In this document: positions 25,741 to 38,200 of the stretch, piece by piece
Numbering within the stretch: position 1 is the stretch's first letter
Layout: every line of letters starts with the position of its first letter
Assembly: GCA_051294375.1 (NCBI GenBank)
Contig: CM119265.1
Coordinates: 11,657,818 to 11,721,817, forward strand
Source: Paraspadella gotoi
Lineage: Eukaryota; Animalia; Chaetognatha
DNA: 64,000 nt
Direction of reading: 5' to 3'
Program-made: the position numbers and the translations under genes
Notes under the pieces: model-generated
Databases searched by the model: none
The model's input: only the letters and a program-made list of their open reading frames with translations
Told to the model about the DNA's origin: nothing

Positions 25741-26359
25741 TAAATAAAACAAACAAATGCGTGTATGAATGAGAGAGAGAGAAAGAGAGAGAGAGGCTGG
25801 TCAGTTTTCACTCTCGTTTATATAAAGAATAATCAGAATTTTTAGAAAAAAAGTCCACGAAAATCTCGGATGTAAATTTGGGATTTTGTATTAAGAAAAA
25901 AGCGCGGAATAAACGGTGGAATAAATAGAAAGAAAAAGAGAGAGAGAGAAAGAGAGAGAGAAAGATAGAGAGAAGCTGGACCGCCGCTGAACTCGTTTTT
26001 CGACGAATCTGAGTAGGGACGAACTCTTTTCCTTTCTATAAAAAAGTTTTAATCTTGAATGAAATTTTAGATTGTTCTTTAAGAAGAAACCAAACGAGCG
26101 TCAAATGTTCATTATTTGCATATTTAACTAATTATATAAATATTTATCCCCAACTCAAATATTATTATTTTATAAAAAAGATAAAAATGATTAAATATAT
26201 ACACTAAAAAAAATTTACAAATAAAATTTGTAAAAATTATCAGAATAACAACAAAAAGTTTTAATTTGACTATATCTCTCTTCTCAACTCCTATTTTAGA
26301 TTATAATTTGCCAATAGTGGGCCGACCAGGTCCAAAGTTACAATAATAAACAATGTATT

Positions 26360-26660
26360 ATTTTCTCTACTTTTCGTTGCTAAGTGAAATTAGGAATTGT
26401 TTATTGTTGACAACGCATTTTTATTTACATAGTACATGTTTGCGACTCTGTTGATTCGAGTCTTCATCAGCTTTTTGAAAAAACATTATCAAAATGCCTC
26501 TACACATTAGTAGAGAGAGAGGACGAGAGAAGAGAGAGAGATTGAGAGAGATTGAGGGAGAGTTTCCAACAAAGGGCTGAGTAAAGGGACAGTGGCCCAG
26601 ATGACGAGGACAGGTGAAGTCAACAGAGAAGAAGATTAATTTTGAAATGGTGAAAGTGAA

Positions 26661-26696
<36 letters not shown>

Positions 26697-26900
26697 AATA
26701 ATTACATTTGACAATGTACAACAAAGATAAATTTAAAAAAAACTTAGAAAATAAGCTGAGATTTGAATTTAACAAAAGTTAAATAAGTAATAATGATGAA
26801 AAATGAAATGGAAATGGTGGTGAGGGATAGATTAAGTTAGTAGTTAAATGTGAAATATATATAAGAGAGAAAGAAGCTCAAAATGAGCTGGCCCCCCCAA
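26360..26900 (-). mobile_element. PLE 3' UTR/pLTR fragment with degenerate hammerhead
   Basis: Reverse complement carries GGGGGCCAGCTCATTTT, (CT)n, CACCTGTCC, TTTGTTGGAAACT, the hammerhead and the CAACGAAA tail, in the same order as 19880-20400 and 31105-31550. Confidence 0.8.
26429..26473 (-). ncRNA. Degenerate hammerhead motif
   Basis: Reverse complement: CTGATGA a GACTC gaatcaaca GAGTC GCAAACATGTA. Confidence 0.6.
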
Positions 26901-29117
26901 CAAAAACAAAAAAAAATATTTTTTTTTTAGAAAATTATACATGCAATTTAAATTATCCGCGCAATTGCCAGACAATATAAGCAGGTATTTGTACAGGCAG
27001 CAAGCTGATGTACATGTGACATTGCCTGCATTATAAGTTATTCTTCCCTTTTTACTAAAATGAATCCACGAAAATCTCGGATGTAAATTGTGGATTTTGT
27101 TATTGAGAAAAAAAATGGCATAATAAAATTTGAATTTCATCTTCAATCATTATATACTGAATATGTAAATTAGATTAAAGCATTTCTAATATACTAATTT
27201 GATATTATAATGAGTACTTATAATCTCATTTGCGTATTGCAGTAAATCATAATGAAGTGAAAATTCAAACAAAAAAATACTTAAATCCAAATGTAATAAG
27301 AAAATATCAAAGCTATTTCAAGATGAGAAGCCATATCTAAATTTTAACTTACTATGATCGCACACTTTTGTAAAACTTTATCATAATTCATAATATTTTT
27401 ATTTTAAAAAAACACGGTAAGTTCACAAACCTATAAAAGCGTAGTAGTTTCTTATATAAAAATAGCGTGACAGCCGACGACGACTCACAAAGAACGCAAA
27501 ACTGTCATATACTGTTTTTTGGTATTAATAAAAAAAAAAAATAACAAAAAAAACAAAGAAGCAAACCTAAAACATTATAGAGCCTGAACCGGCTTCCGTC
27601 CGTATGGCCATCGATAAAAATGTCTCTCATTACATTTTTCTAAATTTGCAAGTATAAAAAATTATAAATAATATCAGAGATAATTGCCTATCGTTTGACG
27701 CTGCAACTCTCTTCAGATAGGTTTCTTTTTATTATATTATAATTAAAACCGATATAAAATGGGAGGGTAGAATGCATGATATGCTTAAAGTGTTGAATAC
27801 ATTTTCGGCGAATCGCCAGGAGCTCAGCTTTTCTGAATTTGTACTCCATTTTAGCCTATTTTGAAGTTGAATTGAATGACCCTTTTTCTTACAGTAGTTA
27901 AATTACAAAAAATATTTTTAAGCTCGAAATTAAAAAATCGGTTATCTTTGTTTTTAGATTCTTGACCAAATTAATGAAAGAATTTTTTAAAAAACAATAA
28001 TATACTTTCATATTAGGGACCAACTCCAGAGATATATAAAATTTCGACTATTAGCAAAGTATTTTAGTTTGTTCTTGACTAAATATTTAAGCAATCATTT
28101 TCCAAAAAATTTATATTATACGTCCTTGATTTAATACATTAAAAAAATTACTTGTCTTTTTTACAATTATAAAATGTTTAAAAAATCTTAAAATTTTTTG
28201 ATGGATTCTGATAGAGCATAAAAAAGATTAAACAGGAAATTTAATTACACTTTAAAATTTTTTTTATGTTTTTCTAATGTGAACTATATAAAAAAGAATT
28301 ATACTTTCATGATGATTTTTTACGGTTTTTCTTATTTTTGACTTGCTTATCATGAAAATATTTAATAAAGAATTATACTTTGTTCAGACAACTTTTTATG
28401 AGTCATCTGAATCTGGTCTTAAAATTTAAAAATTATCCAAAAAATTTTTGGCCTTTCCTGTTTATAAATAAATATTAAAAAAATAATTATTTGGGTATAG
28501 AGCCACAGAAGAAATGTTTTATCCATTGAAAGTATACTTCAAAATGTATAAATTTTCGTTTGAGCATATAATCATTCTAAATTTTTGACTCACCCCATTG
28601 AGTGGGGCTACCCCTATTCATATATCAACTTTTTGCAAGGAATCCAAATCCGATCTTAAAATTATTATCTACTTATTACTATATATAAATGTAGCTCACT
28701 GGTGCCCACTAATGCTTGTGTATCAAGATGGATTCAGATTTTCAAAAACGCTCACACAAGTGATCACACACATATATATATATACTTTAATTTAAAACAC
28801 CTTTTATTCGATTTGAAATTCTCAACATGAGAGATCCCGATCGATTTCTATCTTGCTCCTAAATTATGCAAATTAGCTTACGATCGAATTTGTCAGATAA
28901 CGATGATGCTCTTTATTCGCGTAATTTTAAAAGTTTTATTATTGTAATATAATAAATAATTAAAAATTATAGTTTTTAGAATATATATTTTATAAATATA
29001 AATAGTTTATAGAATTTATACTATTGTGTTTTTTCCTTTCTGTTTCGTTGTGATTTTGATTTGAATTTAGAACAAAGTTTGAAGAGAGATTTAACAACGA
29101 TTTTTATTTCATAGTGA

Positions 29118-29159
29118 AACGGACATGTTTCGACTCACATACGAGTCTTCTTCAGCGCC
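29118..29159 (-). ncRNA. Minimal hammerhead ribozyme, intact core
   Basis: Reverse complement: GGCG CTGAAGA a GACTC gtatgt GAGTC GAAA CATG TC CGTT. Confidence 0.85.
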
Positions 29160-29439
29160 AATTCAATTTGTGAATTTGAAGAGAATTTTGTGCATAAAGA
29201 AGAGAGAGAGAGAGAGAGAGAGAGACAGAGCAAAGTTTCCAACACAGAGTTTGAGAGAAAGGATAGTGTTCAGTTTTTTATTAGGGACAGGTGAAGGTGA
29301 GGAAGAGATAGTTTGTGAAAAGAAATTGAAATGGAGAGAGAGAGAGAGAGAGAGAGACAGTGCCTTGAAATATATTACATTATGAAATGTACAACAATGT
29401 TAAAATTTGGTAAACTTTAATAATGAATAATATCAACAA

Positions 29440-30746
29440 TCCAATTGGATGACATCATGGCACTGCTACGGCTCGACCTGGAACTGGCGTACTTCAGGTT
29501 CGATGGACACGTACTACGCCCAGCCTGGTGGCTTAGGGATGGGCAAGTCGACATCAAGTCCTCTGGCAGATTTCTATATGGAGGACTATGAGGTGGAAGC
29601 TTTGTCCTCTTTTCGATCGTTGCATGGGGCAGAGTCAATCCTCTTCTGGTATCGGAAAGCAGACGATACCATCCTGCCGTGAGACGAGACCTCATTGAGG
29701 ATCTCCTGAATCACCTGAATGGGATTCATGTGAGTATTAAGTGGACATGTGAGAAAGAGGAGAATGGGTCAATTCCAATGCTCGATGTGCTTATACAGCG
29801 CAAAGAGGGCGGCTCATTGGAATTTTCAGTATATCGCAAACCGACGCACACAGACCAATACATTCCTTGACTCTCATGCGCCCTTATCTCACAAGCTTGC
29901 CACGGTCAGGTCCCTTACCAGGAGAGCAGCATTGATTCCGTCGACCCCCGAGCTTCAGGCGCCGAGCTTGAGCACATCAAAAGAGCCTTGGCGATCAATG
30001 GTTACCCATTGTGGGCCTTCGAGAGGGCTAGGTACCGGCCGTGTCTGGTTGAGGGCAGTGGCCACCTAGGGCTGCCCAAGTAGCCGCTGATGTAGTTTCT
30101 ACCTCCGTCCCCAGGAGGCAGAAAGGGAGCTTGCTGCTGAAGTGCCTACCGCCCCCACCACAGCGCAATTGGAAGAAGCAGAAGCGCCCAAAGAACGTGG
30201 GTCACTTGTCCCTCCCCTACCACCAGGGGATCACTGAGTCATTGGTGCGGGTGCTAGCAAAGCAGGGGATCTCCACCTCAGTGATGGCCCGCGGCTCTCT
30301 GCGTGAGCTATTGGTGAAACCGAAAGATAAAATCCCAGACCGAAAACATCAGGAGCCGTCTATTGGGCGGCCTGTGCAGGGGCGGGCAACCAAGCCTGCA
30401 CAGCAGCATACGTGGGCGAGACAGGAAAGTCTCTAACAGACCGATTCCAGCAGCATAAGAGACCCTATCGTGACGCTAGAGGCCACTATCTGCTATAGCC
30501 GAACACACGGCTAATACTGGCCATCTATTCAGAGAATCAGACTGTCTCGTGCTGTCCCATGACCCAAGCTGGTTTTCAAGAGGTATTAGAGAGGCAATTT
30601 ACATCAAAGCCCTCGAGCCCTCTTTGAACCGTGATGGAGGACGATTCGATCTCCCTCCAAGCTATGATTCGCTTATCAAAAGCGTGGTGGAGGCCCCTCT
30701 CCACCACGTCCGCACAATGATTCCCCATCTCCACTCAACGAGATAG
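29440..30746 (+). pseudogene. Frameshifted PLE reverse transcriptase + GIY-YIG endonuclease
   Basis: YYAQPGGLGMGKSTSSPLADFYME, WYRKADDT, HLNGIHVSIKWTCEKEENGSIPMLDVLI..VYRKPTHTDQY, LPYHQGITESL, GAVY..C..C..YVGETG, RGIREAIYI...LNRDGG; multiple frameshifts. Confidence 0.92.
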
Positions 30747-33700
30747 GCGGAGACCTTGCGCAGGCAATGGGCAGACGATACCTCTCCTTCAACTGCAGCA
30801 ACTCATTCCCTTCCTCTGTGGACTGAGCGCCGCCCAAAGCGACAGCTGCAGGAGGAAGGGGGGAGGCCACCACTCCTGTCACGAAAGTGGCAAGAATGGA
30901 CAGCCGCCCACCTCGCCAGCAGGCAAGAAGAGGGCAGTCGGCAGGCGTACCAGGCCAGAGAGACATCCGAGTAGCCTTTGGTTTCTTCCCGCAAGGAAGT
31001 CTTCCCAGCTCTGCACTAGTAGGCTCCACCAACCTGTCCTCTCAGCCAATGACACACCAATGACCCGACCTTATCAATCTAGCCTTTCATTTGTTCATAA
31101 CCAAGGGGCCAGCTCATTTTTGAGCTCTTTCTTATTACTTGAAATTTCCCTTTTCCTAATTACTTAGCTATCCTCACTAACAATAAATATTTCACATTTC
31201 TGAACTTCTATTTCATTTCACTAATTTTTACTGTAGCTAATTGTTGATATTATTCATTATTAAAGTTTACCAAATTTTAACATTGTTGTACATTTCATAA
31301 TGTAATATATTTCAAGGCACTGTCTCTTCTCTCTCTCTCTCTCTCCATTTCAATTTCTTTTCACAAACTATCTCTGTCCTCACCTTCACCTGTCCTAATA
31401 AAAAACTGAACACTATCCTTTCTCTCAAACTCTGTGTTGGAAACTTTGCTCTGTCTCTCTCTCTCTCTCTCTCTTTCTTTATGCACAAAATTCTCTTCAA
31501 ATTCACAAATTGAATTGGCGCTGAGAAGACCGTATGTGAGCGTCGCAACATCGGAAATAAAACTTTCTGTTTTACTTTATTGAAAATTAACTGTTATATC
31601 ACATCGTTTACTACATTTGTTTAAGCGTCACTATTATATAAAATGTCGTTGATCATCTCCTTCAAACTTTGTTCTAGAATTTATACTATATAAATAAGAC
31701 AAAATAGTATTTAAACGGAGCTTGAATGCTCCAAAATGAGGATTTTTGATAAAAAAACTTAACTATTTTGTTTGCTTAAATTCCTTATTACATATAATAT
31801 AATATAAATTGTATTATAAATTGTATAAATCATTCGTTTAAGTTACCATTATACGTGCTTTAATAAATAGGTAAATATGGAAAAACTTGATAATAAGATA
31901 AAAATAACCAATAAAAGTAAAATATCAAAAAAAAAATAAAGAAAATTAATATTATTAAAAATATAACTATTATAACTATTAAAATTATATTTTAAAAATT
32001 ATTGCAAAGAATTTAAATTGTTGAAAATTATTAATAAATATTTTTCTATAGCCAAATAGATATTTTTGAAGTAATTTTTAGTCAACTATTCTCAACAGAA
32101 AATTTTGGTTTTAATCATTTGGTTTTGTTCCGTAAGTAGCATTAAAAGAGAAATTTTTTTTCAGAAACAAAACAAAAACTTTCTCTTTTAAAACAGGAAA
32201 TTTTAAATTTTTAGAACACAAGCTTGGAAAGCCGGCAATTTTAGTGATTAGTCTAATCTTATTCCATATACTATTAATAACAGACTTTTACATAAAACTG
32301 ATAATCATAATATTTGAAAATATTTTTTCTCTTCAACGAAACAAAAATTAAATAAAATTCTAAAAGTTAAAAGCTAAAAACTGAAAGCTAAATGTCAATC
32401 ATTTGATAAATTCTCAGTATATACATATAGATAAGTGAAAAGGATTCATTCAATATCAGAATCAATGATTTAAGTATATTATGTTGGAATGAACAATGAA
32501 ATAAATTAATTTTTCAATCAACAAAATTGAAAAAGTGAGTAAACAAATTATGATTAAAAATAATATGATAATATGATAACATTTTAATTGTTAACAACAA
32601 CGATGAAGGCTAACAATTAGTCGGAAAATGTCCGTTTTTATGTAAAAACATTAAATCGTTATTGTTAACCATTAAAAAGTTATTATTTCGTCTCTAAATC
32701 AAACAACAAATGAAAAGAAATAATACAATAACTAAAAACTAAAAAAAAATCCGAGATAATTTTTTATAATTAAAAAGAAAATTGACTATGGATGCTCAAA
32801 CCCTCATTTATCCTGAAGTATTGGCCTATTAATAGTTATAAAAATGAAACTATAGTACATAGGAAAAATGGGTTTATAATATAATAATAGTTTAAGAAGA
32901 AGGGGATAAATTGTAATCAAATCATATCCGTTTAAAGCATTTTTGTTTTTGTATAAACATTGTCATTGTTAAAAAAAATTTCATCTTTTATTAAATATTA
33001 ATTATATTTATTGTTATTTATCATTGACTATATAAGATCATATTTTATATTAATTTCTCTTTAAATATATGTTCATACTGAATTTCAGTAAAGCAAAACA
33101 AAAAATAGTAATTAATTTCTAAAATGTTTTCCTATAAAAAAACAGAAAAAAACTATTAAAAATCACAACATGCAGCTACTAAAAACTCATAAAATTATTA
33201 ATCATTATGAAATTATTAATAAAACGTAGAAAATATTATTAATAATACAATTTATTTAAAAAAAACTAAACTTATCGTCAAATTTCACATATGAAAAATT
33301 CGCGAATATCCGCCAGGTTCACTAGTATCTTTTGTTCTTTTTGACCGGCTTGACCGGTCTTTAACATTAAAAAGATACGAAATGACGTATTCGATCTCGG
33401 GATCTCTTATGTTCGATGCATTAAAATTAAAAATTTTTATACGAAAATTATTTATTTATACGTCTGATTAAATGTGAGAACGTTTTTTATGAAACTCGAT
33501 GTCTGTATATTTGATGCAAAATGAAAAAAAAGATGCAAGTTGTACTTTTTTGTAATTATTTCTACTATAGTATTTATTTATTTAGCTGATTACGCTTAAT
33601 TATCGTAGGCAGATCCGACATTGTTTGCTTAAACTTGTTATTCTTTTCATTAATAATTTTAATCTTTTTAAATTGCATTTTATTTTTATTTCCTTTTATA

Positions 33701-35287
33701 ATTTTTATATTTATATTAATTTTATATTAATTTCATTTTAAATTTGACTCAAACTAATTTTTTATCCATATTTAGGCGTTAAATTCCATTCCAAACTTTT
33801 GTATATTTTTTATTGCTAAAAATTGATTTTTTAAAGTAACATTAATAGTATAATAATTTTTTTCACCTAATTATTTAACAAATGTTGCTAACTGTTATCA
33901 ATACTAAGTAAATTATTACTAACACATATAACTGATTTTTTTAGTCTGATCTGCTTTCAGCAGATCCCGACTCTATAATTCACTTTGTCAGTCCGTCGGT
34001 CCACCCCCTCAATATTGTCGGGCATTCAATTATGTCAGAACATCGAATTATGATAAATTATGCAAAAAAAAAACAATGTCCGTCTGTCCGTCCTTATATC
34101 TGTCCGTTACTTTAGCAAAAAACACCAATTACTTGTGGTTGGATGGATGGATTGGAATAAAATTTTGTGTGTGGGTAGGGAAGTGTGTGATTGAGCTGGA
34201 TATGAAGTTTCGATGGAATCGTCCGAGTGGAAATGAGTTTAAATGGAAAAAACAAATAACCTGTTTCACTAATTGATTATACTTCTTTTTCTTTTTATTT
34301 TAAATGTAAATACAAGATGTATTAATTAATCAAATAATTAATCAGTTAATTAATCAATTAGTCAATTAATTAATCAATAATTAATTAATTAGTCAATTAA
34401 TCAATCAAAACATTTTGGATCAAATTAATTAATTGACTAATTAATTAAATAATTAGCTTGAATAAATTAATTATTAATTAATTAAATAATTAATTAACAT
34501 GAATTAATTGCATTAATTAATTACCGATAATGATCGTGGGCAGATCCGACATTGTTTGCTTAAACTTGTTTGTTTTTTCCAAAATAATTTATTCAATAAC
34601 TAAAAATTAGTAGTCTTGTCAATCATATATTAATATTCCATAATCATTCCATAATCATAATCAGGCTTGAAAACAACTACTCAAAGACGAAATTTGACTA
34701 GCAGCTTTGAAATTGCTGCTGCAGCTGGTGCAGCAGTAGCGGAATGCTGTAACTTTAAGAATGGAAAGTCAAGTTGGTGAAATATTTAATGCCCCTAAAA
34801 AAATTATGAAATCTCTTTAAACAATTTTTTTATTTCATATTATATGTCAGTGTTCCGAATTACCCCGCATTACCCCCGCATTACATGCTAAGTTACACTT
34901 TCTATAATTTATAAACCTAGGAGGATTTTGCAGGATATATAATCAAGCCCCATAAGTCAATTTAATGGCGTTATTCGATTCAAATTTAAATCTTAATCGA
35001 TTTTTATTTCATTATCTAGGCATATTCGATTTGCATGGATCTGTTTTCTCAACTACCACAATATCACATGCTTTTTATACTTTTAGAATTAGGTGGTCAA
35101 CAATTGTAATTTTCATATCGTTTTTAAACTCATAAAATAAAAGAATCGTTTTAATTTTAAGCTAGACCAGGACGTACAACTATACTATATTTTTTAAATC
35201 CTTCGACTAAAAGTAAAATCGCTGTCAGAACATCATCCCATCACGCGAAAAACGAATCATTTTAGCAATGATATCGTTAACCCTCAG

Positions 35288-38200
35288 TTAATCGGGCATG
35301 GCGCCTGAATCGTAGCACGTAGCCGGTTTTTCGTGCAACACGTATTGGCACTCGGGGCACACGTGCTTTCTGTCCTGTGAATGGTGAAACACGAACGGCA
35401 TCCAAGCGCAGGGACAAAAGACACATGATGCCACGAGACCCACACAACAAAAATCTTTTATTTTTTGGGAGTTTAAAATTTAAAAAAAAAAGAAAATTCC
35501 GAATTTTTTTAAACGAAGCATGAAGATGAAAATGAAAGTTGACAGTTATGGTTTTTAAGAGAGAAATTAATCGTTACAGATAGAAATAAGGTTATTAAAT
35601 GGTATTCTTAAAAATATAACAAGGTCTATAATTCGTTTACAGAAGGCAACTTACAGGTACAGGTCCCGGCATGATAGCGAATTTGAGTGGTGACGCTCTT
35701 CTTGCACTTTTTACAACGCGTTTCGACGGGTTCCTCGAGGAAAACCTCGTCCATCTTCCTGCTCTGCCATTCGATGAAGGACGGCGACGGGGAAATCGAT
35801 CGTCGACTGTGTTCCGACATCCGCCGCAGGATCGATGTTCTTGGCGCCACCTGGACAAAAACGATGAGCTGTGTAAACCGTTTACTCGCTACAGGCGGTC
35901 TTTGGCCAGAAAATCAAACGCCACAAGCAACACAATTTCAAATTCAGTCAAAAACCTGCAATTGGTTGCTTGCTCTGCTGCCTCTCCTCGAAGAACCCGC
36001 TCTAAGCAAAATGTCCTCTGTGATTACGATTGGCGAATCAGTTTCCTGGCAACGGCGCGGAGTTGATTTAAAAGAGAAGGAGGCGCAATTCTGGAGCACA
36101 TAGCGGAATGGCATGTACCTGAGTTTTGCTCTTGCGAGGCGAGGGAGACGGACTGCGTTTGTTCCGCTGACACGACAAAAGAAAAAGTAAACCAGAATTA
36201 ACTAATCTGTAGTTAATTTCAAATATTTTTCAGAAATAAGTTTGATTTATTTGTGACAACGATTCATAATAAAATGAAAACAAATAAATCAAACTTATTC
36301 CTGCAAATTCCTAAAGCAATGAAACGAAAGGATTACACAATAAATATTTTTCAAAAACGTTAGGGTAGTGCGGGGTAATTCGGAACAATTTTGAAAAAAT
36401 TCAAATTCTTCACAGTAAGTTTATTTAAAAAATAAAATTTCTGGTGATATATCTAGAAAAGTGTCCCGCTACAGGTTGATGTATTCGTTTTTATCCTGTT
36501 TATCCGTTTTTTAAAAATTAAAAAGCGTTCCGTTTTACCCCTCCCTGGGGTAAAACAGAACACTTAATACATTTCGTATAATTTATAATAATATTACAAA
36601 AAATAATAACTAAAACACTATTATTTGGAGAATTGATGTTTAATGTATAAAAAAATTTAATCTTACAATTTTAAGTGGGTAAAATAATTCTCACTTTTGA
36701 AAAATTATTGAATGACAATAGATACCAAATTTGTATATATTTTTTAATTTATAGTATTTTTGATGAAATTTTTTATTTATTTTCATTCTTGAATATGGTC
36801 TTTTCAATTAATATTGGTTTTTTTCCCTATTTTTCATTTCCAATATTATTTTTTATTTTATTTATTATTTTTATTTATCTTTTTAAATTGTATTTTATTT
36901 TTTATTTCCTTTTATAAATTTTTATATTAATTTTATATTAATTTCATCTTAATTTTGTCTCAAACCAATTTTTTAACAATATTCAGGCGTTAAATTTCAT
37001 TTTAAAATATTGTCGGTAAATCATTATTATCATATCAGAACCTCGAATTATGATAAATTATGCAAAAAAAATGATATCCGTCCGTCCGTACGTCCCCCCT
37101 TAGCAAACAACTCCAATTACTCGTGATTGGATGGATGGATTGGTATAAAATTTTGTGTGTGGGTAGGAAACTGTGTGATTGAGATGGATATGAAGTTTCA
37201 ATGGAATCATGCAAGTGGAAATTGGTTTAAATAGAAAAAACAAAAAAATCTATTTCACTATTTGAACGCCAATTGCTCATGAGTGGATAGGGCAATTGAC
37301 TTGAAATTTTGTATGATGGTAGGAAAGTGTGTGATTGAGCTGGATATAAAGTTTCGATGGAATCGTGGGAGTGGAAATGAGTTAAAATGGAAAAAAACAA
37401 AAGTCATATTTACTTGAAGTATTTTTACTTAAATTTACTCGTAATTATTATGTTTATTAAAAATTGGATAGATAAATTGAAATGGAATATTGTGTGTGGG
37501 TAGAAAAGTATGTGATAAAGCTGGATATAAATTTTTTGATGGAATCGTAGGAGTGGAAAAGAGTTCAAATTAGAAAACCAAAAGACACATTTATTTGAAT
37601 TTTTTAAAGTTTCTCTCTATCTCTCTCTGATTGATTGACCAAATTATGCCAGTTGAGCAAATTATGCCAGTTGACCAAATTATGCCGGTTGAGCAAATTA
37701 TGCTTATTGACCAAATTATGTCAGTTGACCAAACTATGTCAGTTAAACAAATTAAGTCAGTTGACCAAATTATGTCAGTTAACCAAATTATGTCAGTTGA
37801 CCAAATTATATCAGTTGACCAAATTATGCCAACTGACAAAATTATGCCAGTTGACCAAATAATGCAAGTTGATTAAATTATGCAAGTTGACCAAGTTAGC
37901 TTATTACCACTTAATTATCGTAGACAGATCCGACATTGTTTGCTCAAACTTGTTTATTGCTGAAAATAGATTTTTTAATGTAACCTTGAGGGGTATTGAA
38001 GGTGTGAGGAAATAGAGAGAAAATCGTATATTTCGCGAAGAGTAAAATGGAACGGCAAGCTAAATCCTCCTCTGGTAACATTAATAGTATAATAATTTTT
38101 TTGCCTCATTATTTAACAAATGTTGCTAACTGTAATCAATACTAAGAAAGTTATTACTAACACGTTATAAAAAGCATATGAAGTAACACAGAATACTTAC

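Larger units (their letters stand above)
29025..31674 (+). mobile_element. Penelope-like retroelement, 5'-truncated, with inverted pseudo-LTRs and a ~15-bp TSD
   Basis: 29025-29440 is the reverse complement of ~31240-31674. The direct repeat TAGAATTTATACTAT occurs at 29010-29024 and 31675-31689. There is an internal RT/GIY-YIG remnant and a hammerhead motif in each arm. Confidence 0.92.

Noticed and set aside
37591-37895. Repetitive ORFs or a CRISPR-like array
   Set aside because: Contiguous 18-bp minisatellite without spacers, inside a repeat within an intron; no cas genes.
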